Positions 19,654 to 29,721 of a stretch of 64,000 nt of DNA are shown one piece after another. The stretch comes from an uncultured virus (IMG/VR IMGVR_UViG_3300037400_001251) (lineage: Duplodnaviria > Heunggongvirae > Uroviricota > Caudoviricetes). The translations under genes and the position numbers were made by a program. The first letter of the stretch is position 1. Each line of letters opens with the position of its first letter. The notes under the pieces were generated by a model. That model was not told the origin of the DNA. It saw only the letters and a list, made by a program, of their open reading frames with translations, and ran no database searches. The stretch is taken from IMG/VR virus record IMGVR_UViG_3300037400_001251; one strand, 5' to 3'.

Positions 19654-20763
19654 ATGTTAATTACTTTAGAAGATGCCAATACAATATGTAGAAGTTTAAG
19701 ATGTTTGAATTCATATATAGTATCACACAATCTAACAGATGATTTAATTGTTAATAAGGATATAGTTGCTATATGGTTTAAGTTTAAACACTATTCATTA
19801 TTTTATGATAATAGTGAGTTATGTATATATAAGAGAAGAGAGGATAACTCTATATATAGTAGAAAGATATACATATCTAAAAAGTTTAGAAGATTTACTG
19901 ATAATGATTTTATCTTAGGTTATAGAATGGTAATAGATGGAGAAGATAAAGAGTATATCTTAGATTATGATGATAATTTTATCTATAACTTCATTAAGAT
20001 AATATGTGAACCTAATGATTATGATTTTGATAACGATGAATCTAATAGTAGTGAATTATTAGAAGAAACTTTCTTAGGTGTAACTCATAATATCTTATTA
20101 AAAATAACTAGATGTTTTACTACTATACATAAGATGATAGAGTTAGTTAATAAGATAAATGAATTATCTAAAGAGAAAGTAGATAATGCAGTTACTATAA
20201 CTAATGAGTTTATCCATGATTTAAGATATATCTATGACCATGTATTTAGTGTAGATAGTAAATTATTTAATGTTAAATCTATATGGGATAAGCATTGCTA
20301 TAAAGTATATGATGTAATAGATACTGGTTTAAGATATTATGGGTTTAAATTATGTAATAGAATAGACAATCTATATAATGTATATAACCCAATGAGAAAT
20401 GATTTAGTATTAATTCTAAATTTTCAATTCTATCAAAAGACTAGTTTATATATAGGACATAATTATCCTAGAACATTAGAATATGATACTAGAGTAAGTG
20501 TTTATGAAAATAGTATATGCTTAGGCGATGCTTTTATAGATTACTTAGATATAGATTTACCATTGTCAGTACTTGATTTAATAAGAAAAACATTTAACTT
20601 AGATGGAAACAATCAAGATGAAAAACTTAAAGAAACTCATGACTATTATATTAGGAATGATTCTATGAGTGACTCTGTATGGAAACCATTAGTTAATGTT
20701 AGAAAGTTTCTTTTGAAATATGATAAATCTACTAAGAAAAGAAAGGACGACAATAATGAATAG
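19654..20763 (+). CDS. hypothetical protein (putative diverged family)
   Basis: LDYDDNFIYNFIKII motif; AACTTTGAAAGGA leader. Confidence 0.6.
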   Translation: MLITLEDANTICRSLRCLNSYIVSHNLTDDLIVNKDIVAIWFKFKHYSLFYDNSELCIYKRREDNSIYSRKIYISKKFRRFTDNDFILGYRMVIDGEDKEYILDYDDNFIYNFIKIICEPNDYDFDNDESNSSELLEETFLGVTHNILLKITRCFTTIHKMIELVNKINELSKEKVDNAVTITNEFIHDLRYIYDHVFSVDSKLFNVKSIWDKHCYKVYDVIDTGLRYYGFKLCNRIDNLYNVYNPMRNDLVLILNFQFYQKTSLYIGHNYPRTLEYDTRVSVYENSICLGDAFIDYLDIDLPLSVLDLIRKTFNLDGNNQDEKLKETHDYYIRNDSMSDSVWKPLVNVRKFLLKYDKSTKKRKDDNNE

Positions 20764-22510
20764 AACTAAGATATCAAATAAGATAATACTAGATAAACTA
20801 ATAGATACATTTGATAGTTTAGCTAAAGCTTATGTAGTAGAATATGATGTATTAGAAGAAATATCTCAGATGTATTTATCTAGTTTAAACACTGATGAAG
20901 ATAGCTTTGAATGGTTTATAGATAGTAATAGGCAATATCTAGGATTAGGCACTAAAGTGTTAAGATACGAGGAAGAAAATGCTTATAGAAGGTTTGATGA
21001 AAAGAAATATTTGCCAGTGCCAGTGCCTACTAAAGTATATAGATTCTATCCTAATAGGCCTAAATTTGTAGCTGATCCATATGAGCCTAAATTTGGTGTA
21101 GAAGATCCAGAAAAAGATGTCTATGTAGAAGTATCAGCTGTAGATAGAAACTTTGCTAGAAAGATATCTGAAATATATTTTGGTAGACCAGATGTGTTTG
21201 AAACAGTTAAAGTATATAACAATGATTATTATAGCAATACATCTAAATATTATGAAGGTGCTATAGAAAAATATTTAGCTAGAGTTACTATTAAAGAACT
21301 ATATCCTGAATTAATTAAAGCTAGAGAAACAGGAGATAAATTATTTAAATTAACTAGCGATGAAGATGGTTCTTATCATATTAATGATAGGACAATAGAT
21401 ACTGTTTTTAAATTAGAAGAGTCTATATTTAAATGGTTAATACAGGCTAATCCTTTACTTAGAAAATTTCAAGAAATGTTATGGTATGTACTTAACGATG
21501 TATTTGGCATTCAGAAGCATGAACTAAATACTAAAGGAGATACAGACCTATACACCATGATAATTAGTGATGATAAAATGTTCATGACAATAGAAATTAA
21601 TTATACTGGCGTACGGTTTAAGAAAGAAAATATTGATGTATATAATCCTTTTAATAATCCAAGTGATATATCAGTATATAATGGTACTTTTAGCGGTGGT
21701 TATCTTAATAGTTGCCAAAATATAAGTTCTAGATATTTATCTAAGTATAAACCATCTATAATGTTGAAGATATATCATGGTGCTAAATCTTTAGATAATA
21801 GTACCACTATAGATATGTTTGATCCTGAGTGTGTTGTTAAGATATGTGATTTAATCAATGTATATTATAAGATAAATATAAACATTGAAAATAGAGATAA
21901 GGCTATAAGATTCTTAGAAAAAGAATGTAAGACATTTAAAGCTATTAAAGATCTTAAAGAATGTTGTAATATGATTATCTATAATAGTGATTACATTAAA
22001 TTAGATAAAAAGATTGATGTTAATCCTAGAAGTAATATAATGATTACTTTAGATGATAATGATATTATGGATATAGAAAATAATCAATTAAAGATTATCT
22101 TCAAAAAGAAAGTTCCTACTTATCATAACAATATAGATAATATCTATGTATGTGATAAACAAGGAAAAGTATTCTTAAGATGTAAATGTGATAGTATAGC
22201 TAATTATAAAGATGTCATTAGTTTCGCTAAGAATATTAAACCATACAATGTAGGTGATAGGTTTACCAAAACTAATACTAAGAAATATTTTAATGATAAT
22301 TATAAAGCGTATTTAATATCTAGTAGAATGACAATGCCTGGTATAGATATTGAAAACTTTGGTATTAAAACGCCTCCTATTAGTTATCAATTTATAAGGA
22401 GTATTAGTTATAATGATAAAACCAATAGCCTTGTTGAACAAGTCATTAGAGAGAATAGTCGTTATACAGAGCCAAGAGAACGGACTACTCTCGATGAAGA
22501 ATCCTATTAA
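20756..22510 (+). CDS. hypothetical protein
   Basis: Long ORF; start moved to the ATG after GAAAGGA. Confidence 0.6.
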   Translation: MNRTKISNKIILDKLIDTFDSLAKAYVVEYDVLEEISQMYLSSLNTDEDSFEWFIDSNRQYLGLGTKVLRYEEENAYRRFDEKKYLPVPVPTKVYRFYPNRPKFVADPYEPKFGVEDPEKDVYVEVSAVDRNFARKISEIYFGRPDVFETVKVYNNDYYSNTSKYYEGAIEKYLARVTIKELYPELIKARETGDKLFKLTSDEDGSYHINDRTIDTVFKLEESIFKWLIQANPLLRKFQEMLWYVLNDVFGIQKHELNTKGDTDLYTMIISDDKMFMTIEINYTGVRFKKENIDVYNPFNNPSDISVYNGTFSGGYLNSCQNISSRYLSKYKPSIMLKIYHGAKSLDNSTTIDMFDPECVVKICDLINVYYKININIENRDKAIRFLEKECKTFKAIKDLKECCNMIIYNSDYIKLDKKIDVNPRSNIMITLDDNDIMDIENNQLKIIFKKKVPTYHNNIDNIYVCDKQGKVFLRCKCDSIANYKDVISFAKNIKPYNVGDRFTKTNTKKYFNDNYKAYLISSRMTMPGIDIENFGIKTPPISYQFIRSISYNDKTNSLVEQVIRENSRYTEPRERTTLDEESY

Positions 22511-22511
22511 T

Positions 22512-22889
22512 ATGAAATATTACTATATAGATGAAGTAAGAACTAATTTAATAGGATTAGATGAAACTAAAAATTATTGTAGGCCTATGTTCTGGAATAG
22601 TGATGAAGTAACTGATAATAATAAGTTGGTTACCTTAAGAACTGTTACTACAGAAAGAGGAGAGAAGATTAAGATAGATAACCATTGGTCTTATAATATT
22701 ACTCCTGAACATAGGCATGCTTTTGGTAAAGATATTAATCTAAGGTTAAGAGTACTATTAGAAAGTAGTGTACTAACTTATTTAGATGATATCTTTACTA
22801 ATAAGGAATGGTTTCTAAATTATGTAAAAGAAAATAACATTCCACAGTATGGCTTTTATGAATACCTAAAAATGAAAGGGTTCAATTAA
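22512..22889 (+). CDS. hypothetical protein
   Basis: In-frame ATG just after the upstream stop (track start 22413). Confidence 0.5.
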   Translation: MKYYYIDEVRTNLIGLDETKNYCRPMFWNSDEVTDNNKLVTLRTVTTERGEKIKIDNHWSYNITPEHRHAFGKDINLRLRVLLESSVLTYLDDIFTNKEWFLNYVKENNIPQYGFYEYLKMKGFN

Positions 22890-22891
22890 CT

Positions 22892-23500
22892 ATGTTAGAT
22901 GAAGTAAGAGATAAATTAAATCAAGCTAAAGAATACTGCCTAAGCCAATGTAAAAAGAAAGATGAAACCACTGGTAAATGGGTAGTAGACACAGAAGCTC
23001 AAGATTTATATAAAGAAGCATTTTCTAAAATAGAAACTAATATCAGACAATATGGTGATAGTTTAAATTTTGATACTATGTTTCAAACCATTATTGTGAA
23101 CAATTCTATTATTACAGATGATAGTAGTACACCTATGTCTGACCAATGGAATCTATTTGGGGGAGAAACTTATACTAAGATTCTTAATACAGCTAAAGAA
23201 GATTTCTTTACAGGTTTAAGTAGTACTACTAAAGTTGATGAATTTGCTAATGATATATTACAATCAATAGGTAGTGATGCTTCGGCTAGAAGAAGTGATT
23301 TATCTAATAAGTTACAGCCTAAATTAAGAACTGCTTTAGATAGAACATTTAGTCCATTGAATCCTGAAAAGTTATCTGATGATGCTAAAAGGAAAATTAA
23401 TGAAAGAATTCAAAAGATATTCTATGATGGTAAGATTAAAGATATCATTCAAGATTATCATTTAGATGTGACTATACCATCATTTTTACCTATAGGTTAA
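22892..23500 (+). CDS. hypothetical protein
   Basis: 202-aa ORF directly upstream of beta'-C copy 1. Confidence 0.6.
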   Translation: MLDEVRDKLNQAKEYCLSQCKKKDETTGKWVVDTEAQDLYKEAFSKIETNIRQYGDSLNFDTMFQTIIVNNSIITDDSSTPMSDQWNLFGGETYTKILNTAKEDFFTGLSSTTKVDEFANDILQSIGSDASARRSDLSNKLQPKLRTALDRTFSPLNPEKLSDDAKRKINERIQKIFYDGKIKDIIQDYHLDVTIPSFLPIG

Positions 23501-23520
23501 ATAAGGAAAGAAGTTGAATA

Positions 23521-24003
23521 ATGCAAGAGTTAATATGTGAAATTAAAGATTTAAAAGATAGAGTTGACTTATTCAAATTTAAAAGTAGAAAAGATAATGT
23601 TGAACATTATAAACCTATTAAAGATATAACTATACAATCTATTAATATTGATAATGGTTATTGTTCTTGGAATAGGATTACTGATTATAGTGTTCATTAT
23701 AATCTAGAGATGTATTCTATATTTGATCCCTTAAATAGATTTGAACAATTCTATGTATCTAGTGACCATTCTTTAATCGCTTGGGACGATAAAGAAGAAT
23801 GTATTAGAAAGGTAACACCATTAGAAGCAAAATCAAATGAATTTCTAATGGCAATAATATATCATGAAGAAGAAGATGATTATATATTAATACCTTTTAC
23901 AGAATTATTAATCGAACTAGATAAAACTAAAACTACAGGATATGATTTTACTGTAGAAAATGATTTCACATTTAGTACATTTGATGGTTTCTTTGTCCAA
24001 GAT
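23521..24003 (+). mobile_element. split intein C-fragment IntC1 (161 aa, ends VQD; +1 Thr)
   Basis: Block B VSSDHSL, block F GYDFTVE, block G DGFFVQD/T; no block A. Confidence 0.85.
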
Positions 24004-27000
24004 ACGGCAGCTATCTATATGCCATTAAGTATGGAATCTCAACAAGATTGCAAGAAGATGTATATACCAACAGGTATGAATAATAGTACTCAATTATCAT
24101 TAGAAATTAAGCATGAACTTGTATTAAGTGCATACATAATTACTGATAATAGAAAACCTATGAAGCCTGATTATGGCATTGTTACTTATAAGCAATTAAG
24201 AGAAGATAATATGATTGGCATTAAAGATAATGTTCATTGCCATCAAACTTGTACTTTAAAGTTGCCTAATGGTAAATCAATTAAAACTACATTAGGTAGA
24301 GCATTATTCAATTCCTTATTGCCAGATGAGTTTTTAAAGAAGAGATATAATTGGTTTTTAGATAAACAGATAAACAAGAAGATTCTAAATAGCGATATAA
24401 TATACAATCTATCTTTAGAATACACTATGGAAACTATGGCAGATATAGTTGATAACATAACTAATTTCTTAAGAGTATATACTAGTGTTTACCCTGCTTC
24501 ATTATTATTAGATGAGTTTATGGAAAACACTGTATTTAAAGCTCTTAAAGAGAAGTATGAAAAAGCTAAGACTATGGATGAGAAACAAGCTATCATAGGT
24601 GAAATAGAATCTAAATTTAAGACAGGCATTAGTGACGTTATGCCAATGATAGATTATATAGTGGCATCTGGTTCAAGAGGTGATCCTAGTCAGTTAAGAC
24701 AAATGCTAGTTACTAAAGGTTTAATACAAGATGCACAAGGTAATTTAATATCTATAAATGATTGTTATGTAGATGGTATGAAGCCTGAAGGAGCATTTAT
24801 GGATGGCTATGGTTCTAGAAAAGGTATTATGGACAGAAGTAGATCTACATCTGTTACAGGTTATCTTACTAGAAAAATAGTTTATGCTTGTGCTAGTGTA
24901 TTGTTAGATCCTGATTTAAACGATTGTGGAACTAAAAGAACTATTCCTGTAAAGATCACTAAAGATAATGCCATGTTATTATATGGTAGATATATGATTG
25001 ATTCTAAAGGAAAGAAGATTCTATTCGGTCCAGACAATCAAGACCAATATATAGGTAAGACAATGGATTTAAGATCTCCTATATATTGTAAGTCTAAAAA
25101 GTTGTGTAAGACTTGTTATGGCGACTTAGCTAAATTTTATGGTACTCCTTTTGTAGGCATCTTAGCAGCTAATGCTTTGGGAGAACGCGGAAGTCAAGAA
25201 ATAATGAAGACCTTTCATTGCTTAGACGCCTCAACAGGTGTTTTCCTTGATACAAAGAACGGAAAGTCGCTTGAATGCCTAGGTTCATTGTTTAATAAAT
25301 TTGAAGATAAAAAAGAATTTACTTTAAATGGAACTCAAGAAGAAATAGATCTTAGTGATAAAGATATTAAAGCAGATAACAATGGCAAATGGACAAAGGT
25401 TCTTAGAATAATTAGGCACAAACGTAATCCAAATAGTTCTTTGATTTACTTAAGAACCAGCGATGGTCATGGTATTACTTTACAAGACAACCATCCTATA
25501 GCTATTCAAAACGATGAAGGTTATTCTTTTATAGAACCAAAAGATGTTAAGCACAAGAAAGATAAATTAATTATAAGCAATAATAATATATGGCAAGATA
25601 CAAAAAGATCTTGTTTTATAGATGCTTATATATTAGGATATTATCTTGGAGATGGTTGCATTAAATTTGGTAGTACCAATAAGAATAAGCCTGAAGACAA
25701 AAGACCTTTAGATGTTCTTATAGATTGTCCATTAAATACAAAATCTATACAGCATTCTAATTTAATGAATATGCTAAATGAATATGGTTATCGTAGTGTA
25801 TCAGATACAGATAAATGTATAATCATAAGAGACAATGATTTAGCTAAGAAGATTCATGAAGAAACTGGTAGATATTCTTATGCTAAGCATTTACCGATTG
25901 ATTATATATATTATAATGATGAAGATCTATGTAAGATATTATGTGGCTTAATAGACAGCGACGGTTGTGTTCAGTCTAAAGATGGTTATATAGCATTGGT
26001 AGTATTTGAAATGAGTAGTGGTGCTATAATTAATGCTATGTGTAACATATTAGATAAATTCGGAGTAAAATATAATGTATGTACTAAGCCTGGTGGTAAA
26101 ACTAAGATATTAGGTAAAGACACGTTTGCTAGAATGTCTTACGGATTAACATTATATCCTAAAACTATACACGAGGAAATATTTAAGTACTCTGTTAAAT
26201 TTCAAGGTAAACATTGTAGTCCTAAAATTATGACTAGACGTGTTCCTAATAATATAGTTACTTACATTGGCAAAGCAAGTCTAAAAGAAGAAACTGATTA
26301 TGTCTATGACTTAATGACTGAAGACCATCAGTTTAGTGCTAATGGAATATTAGTTCATAATACCGCAGGCGCTGTAAGTGTAGTTATACCTGATTTAATA
26401 CAACAAGCTTTGGACAACAATCCTAACTTAACTAAAGATCAAATGTCTAAATACTTTAAGCAAGATGGTTATCAATTAAAGTTTAATGTTAATCAAGAAG
26501 TTGAATTAACATTAAGACATGATGAATATCTTGATTCAGGTATGACTGAATTTACATTAGATCCAGAAAAATCTGGTATTATAAAAGATTCTACTATTGA
26601 AGGTACTAATATTCAGAGTGCTTTAGATCTTAAACCATTTGCAGGCCATGTCCAATTTGCTGATGGAACTAATTTAGAAATAATACTAGATGATGAAGTT
26701 TTCATACCTTATGAATTCTTTGAAACTAGAGAAGAGGGTAAGAATGCCGAAGGTATTAAATGTATTGTATTAAAAGGTAATACTAAAGATATTCCATTCT
26801 TATTCAGTACTGTTATAGCTAGTAAAGATTTGAATGTAGTAATGAAAACTATATTAGGTATTATTGAGAAAAAGAATATTATGAAATATCCTGAAGTGGC
26901 ATTTAATAAGTTAACTAAGATATATGGTGATGGTTTTAAAGTTGCATATAACCATATTGAAATCCTAATATCTCAGATATTTAGAAATAAGATGAAACCA

Positions 27001-27213
27001 GAATATCCTGCTAGATTAATCGAGCCTTATTCTGCTCAAGTATATGGTATTAAGTATATATCACATCTAGAAGGATTCTTATCTGGCATGTTATTTGAAA
27101 ATATGGGTAAATCATTACAGAATGGTTTTATTAATGATACTGTTACACATAATCCTATGGAACAATTACTTAGCGATGATTTTGATTTCTTAAGAGAAGA
27201 TAAGGAGGACTAG
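23521..27213 (+). CDS. rpoC: RNA polymerase beta' C-terminal half, copy 1, with N-terminal split-intein C-fragment and internal cis-intein
   Basis: Extein starts TAAIYMPLS (= QMAVHVPLS); TTLGR, SGSRG, SRKGIMDRSRSTSVTGYLTRK bridge helix, DCGT, RSPIYC, CKTCYG, GERGSQEIMKTFH/TAG trigger loop. Confidence 0.9.
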   Translation: MQELICEIKDLKDRVDLFKFKSRKDNVEHYKPIKDITIQSINIDNGYCSWNRITDYSVHYNLEMYSIFDPLNRFEQFYVSSDHSLIAWDDKEECIRKVTPLEAKSNEFLMAIIYHEEEDDYILIPFTELLIELDKTKTTGYDFTVENDFTFSTFDGFFVQDTAAIYMPLSMESQQDCKKMYIPTGMNNSTQLSLEIKHELVLSAYIITDNRKPMKPDYGIVTYKQLREDNMIGIKDNVHCHQTCTLKLPNGKSIKTTLGRALFNSLLPDEFLKKRYNWFLDKQINKKILNSDIIYNLSLEYTMETMADIVDNITNFLRVYTSVYPASLLLDEFMENTVFKALKEKYEKAKTMDEKQAIIGEIESKFKTGISDVMPMIDYIVASGSRGDPSQLRQMLVTKGLIQDAQGNLISINDCYVDGMKPEGAFMDGYGSRKGIMDRSRSTSVTGYLTRKIVYACASVLLDPDLNDCGTKRTIPVKITKDNAMLLYGRYMIDSKGKKILFGPDNQDQYIGKTMDLRSPIYCKSKKLCKTCYGDLAKFYGTPFVGILAANALGERGSQEIMKTFHCLDASTGVFLDTKNGKSLECLGSLFNKFEDKKEFTLNGTQEEIDLSDKDIKADNNGKWTKVLRIIRHKRNPNSSLIYLRTSDGHGITLQDNHPIAIQNDEGYSFIEPKDVKHKKDKLIISNNNIWQDTKRSCFIDAYILGYYLGDGCIKFGSTNKNKPEDKRPLDVLIDCPLNTKSIQHSNLMNMLNEYGYRSVSDTDKCIIIRDNDLAKKIHEETGRYSYAKHLPIDYIYYNDEDLCKILCGLIDSDGCVQSKDGYIALVVFEMSSGAIINAMCNILDKFGVKYNVCTKPGGKTKILGKDTFARMSYGLTLYPKTIHEEIFKYSVKFQGKHCSPKIMTRRVPNNIVTYIGKASLKEETDYVYDLMTEDHQFSANGILVHNTAGAVSVVIPDLIQQALDNNPNLTKDQMSKYFKQDGYQLKFNVNQEVELTLRHDEYLDSGMTEFTLDPEKSGIIKDSTIEGTNIQSALDLKPFAGHVQFADGTNLEIILDDEVFIPYEFFETREEGKNAEGIKCIVLKGNTKDIPFLFSTVIASKDLNVVMKTILGIIEKKNIMKYPEVAFNKLTKIYGDGFKVAYNHIEILISQIFRNKMKPEYPARLIEPYSAQVYGIKYISHLEGFLSGMLFENMGKSLQNGFINDTVTHNPMEQLLSDDFDFLREDKED
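25219..26361 (+). mobile_element. cis-intein with LAGLIDADG homing endonuclease (381 aa)
   Basis: CLDAST start, LQDNHP block B, ILGYYLGDG and LCGLIDSDG, VYDLMTEDHQFSANGILVHN/T end. Confidence 0.93.
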
Positions 27214-27220
27214 TAATTAG

Positions 27221-27925
27221 TTGAAACAATTAATAGATTTCTTAATGATAACATTTATGATATTACTAACCACAGGTTGGTTTCTAATACCAGAATATTT
27301 TAATTATGTGATATGGACTTGTATAGCAATAGATATGTCTGGATTACTATTTGCTAAACTTGATAATATCCATAAAGCATCTATTGTAATATTAACTATA
27401 TTTAACTTATGTGCATTGCATTATGAATGGTTAAGATATGGTTATCTTATTATAGGTACATTATCTGTCTTAGGTTTTATATTATTAAGAGGTTTTATAG
27501 ATGAAGTAAAAGAAGTTGATAAGATAAAATCTGAAGAAATAGTACCAATAGAAAAAGTAAAAGAAGCTGTTAAAGATACTGCTTCCAAATTAGGTGTCAG
27601 GAATATGGAATTATCTCAAGAACCTAATGAAACATTAATAGAAAAATTCGTTAAGTTTAATAATAAGATAATAATAAGTGAATATGAAACACCTAATAAG
27701 TTAATTCATTATCATATAGAATTAGCTGATGATGAAGAAGAAACTAAAAAGAATTTTATAGAATTAATTAATCAAAGTTTAGAATGGATACATCTAAGGC
27801 AAAAGAATGAAAAGAAATCTGGTCCATTAGATTTTATAGTAACATTGTGTCAGCCATTTAATTTTGATAAATTAAACAAGATATGGGAAGAACCAAAAGA
27901 AGAAGAAGTTAAAGAATCTAAGTAA
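27221..27925 (+). CDS. membrane protein
   Basis: About four hydrophobic segments in the first 90 aa; TTG start after GGAGG. Confidence 0.55.
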   Translation: MKQLIDFLMITFMILLTTGWFLIPEYFNYVIWTCIAIDMSGLLFAKLDNIHKASIVILTIFNLCALHYEWLRYGYLIIGTLSVLGFILLRGFIDEVKEVDKIKSEEIVPIEKVKEAVKDTASKLGVRNMELSQEPNETLIEKFVKFNNKIIISEYETPNKLIHYHIELADDEEETKKNFIELINQSLEWIHLRQKNEKKSGPLDFIVTLCQPFNFDKLNKIWEEPKEEEVKESK

Positions 27926-27951
27926 AATATCTTTAGAAAGGAAGATTTAAA

Positions 27952-29721
27952 ATGTGTGGAATTTTTGGATGTTTTAAAAATTGTGTTTCTACTCTACCAT
28001 TAATAGACAATTATATAATGAATATTATGGTAGACAAAGCTAAGCTAAGAGGTGATGATGGCTTTGGCTTTACAGTTAATGGTTTACTGACATCTAGAAT
28101 AACTGATAGACATACTAGATATGAAGATCTTGTCAAAGATGGAAGAAGCGACTTTGATAGATATAATAGTAACACTGGTCATATAGATTGGGTACTGTTA
28201 AATTGTAGAGCTAAACCTGAAACAGAACCACCTACTAGTTTAACTAATCTTCAACCAATAATGACTAGAAGAATGGTTGACAATGGAATGGGCATAGGTT
28301 CTTATATAGTTCATAACGGAAGTTTATCTAATGACTTTGTAGAACAAGTCTATAGAGAATGTGATTATAAACCTGATACTAAAATAGATAGTGAAGCATT
28401 TACAGCTATATTATTAAATGCTTATTATCAATATACAGATAACTATAAAAATCTAAATCTTGTAGATTTCTTAAAGCAATATTTCAAAAGATATTTTAGT
28501 ATAGCTGATGGTGGCTTTGCCATGATAGGCAATCTTATATGGAGTGATATGACTAACATATTTGTCGTAGCATGTAAATATCAGCCATTGTATGAACTAG
28601 AAATTAACATTATAGGTGTAGGTAAATATTATTATCTGCATAGTGTAAAGGAGGCGCTAGAAGATGTTCAAGACTATATTACTGAAAACCTTATACGAGA
28701 TAATGAAATTGTTTTCACATTAAGAGAATTTCCGCCATATACATTTAAACTATATATAGATAGTCCATATCTAAAAGGATTTACTGAAGAAAGTAAATTT
28801 ACACCAACATATAGTTATCCTATAATAGATAACCCATGTCTAAGGAAAAAGATTCTTGTTAGTACTAGTGGTGGAATAGATAGTACTTGTTCTCTAATGA
28901 TGGCATATAACTTAACTAAAAATTATGATGAACAATATGATATAGAAGCTGTTCATTTTAAATATGGTCATAGAGGGCAAGAAGCTGAAGAACAAGCTAT
29001 TAGAAAAATTATAGATGAGGCTAATAAGAAAGAAGATATCAATATAACATTAAAGGTAGTTAATTTAGAATCTATTTATAAAGACTTCTTTAATGTTAAA
29101 AATTCTCAACTAATAGATAAAGAAGCTAATGTAGAAACAGGTTCTAACGATAAGATTAAAACTACTATAGCTTGGGTGCCAGTTAGGAATATGTTATTCC
29201 AAACATTAATGTATGGATTAGCTGAAACCTATATATTAGAACAAGGATATAAGGATGTCTATATAGTGGCAGGATGGAACCAATTATCTGAAGAAGGATT
29301 CTATCCAGATAATAGCACTAGGTTTACTAATGCTATGAGTTTAGCATCTAAGTTTGGTACATTAGTAGGACATAGAATTCATAACTGGAATATCTGTAGT
29401 AGATTATTGAAATCAGATGAATGGGCATTAGCTAAACTATATGACTTCTTAGATCTATATCAATATACAATAAGTTGTGACTGTCCAGTAAAAGATAAAG
29501 ATACTTATTATAACTGTAATGGACAATGTGGTTCAACTATATTAAGTCAGATAGCTAGTAAAAGATATATTGGTATAAAAGATCCAAGAGTATTTAAAAA
29601 GAATCCTAATATCGTAGTAGATAAACCTTTTGAATACTATGAGGAGGAACCAGTGGAATTAGATACTACAATTATAAAAGAAATCAAAAATAGGATACTA
29701 GATATTAATAGTTGTGACTAG
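27952..29721 (+). CDS. class II glutamine amidotransferase-QueC fusion (Gat-QueC)
   Basis: MCGIFG, RGDDG, HNG, IDSE (Ntn GATase); SGGIDS, WVPVRN, YPDNS, TISC (QueC). Confidence 0.85.
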   Translation: MCGIFGCFKNCVSTLPLIDNYIMNIMVDKAKLRGDDGFGFTVNGLLTSRITDRHTRYEDLVKDGRSDFDRYNSNTGHIDWVLLNCRAKPETEPPTSLTNLQPIMTRRMVDNGMGIGSYIVHNGSLSNDFVEQVYRECDYKPDTKIDSEAFTAILLNAYYQYTDNYKNLNLVDFLKQYFKRYFSIADGGFAMIGNLIWSDMTNIFVVACKYQPLYELEINIIGVGKYYYLHSVKEALEDVQDYITENLIRDNEIVFTLREFPPYTFKLYIDSPYLKGFTEESKFTPTYSYPIIDNPCLRKKILVSTSGGIDSTCSLMMAYNLTKNYDEQYDIEAVHFKYGHRGQEAEEQAIRKIIDEANKKEDINITLKVVNLESIYKDFFNVKNSQLIDKEANVETGSNDKIKTTIAWVPVRNMLFQTLMYGLAETYILEQGYKDVYIVAGWNQLSEEGFYPDNSTRFTNAMSLASKFGTLVGHRIHNWNICSRLLKSDEWALAKLYDFLDLYQYTISCDCPVKDKDTYYNCNGQCGSTILSQIASKRYIGIKDPRVFKKNPNIVVDKPFEYYEEEPVELDTTIIKEIKNRILDINSCD

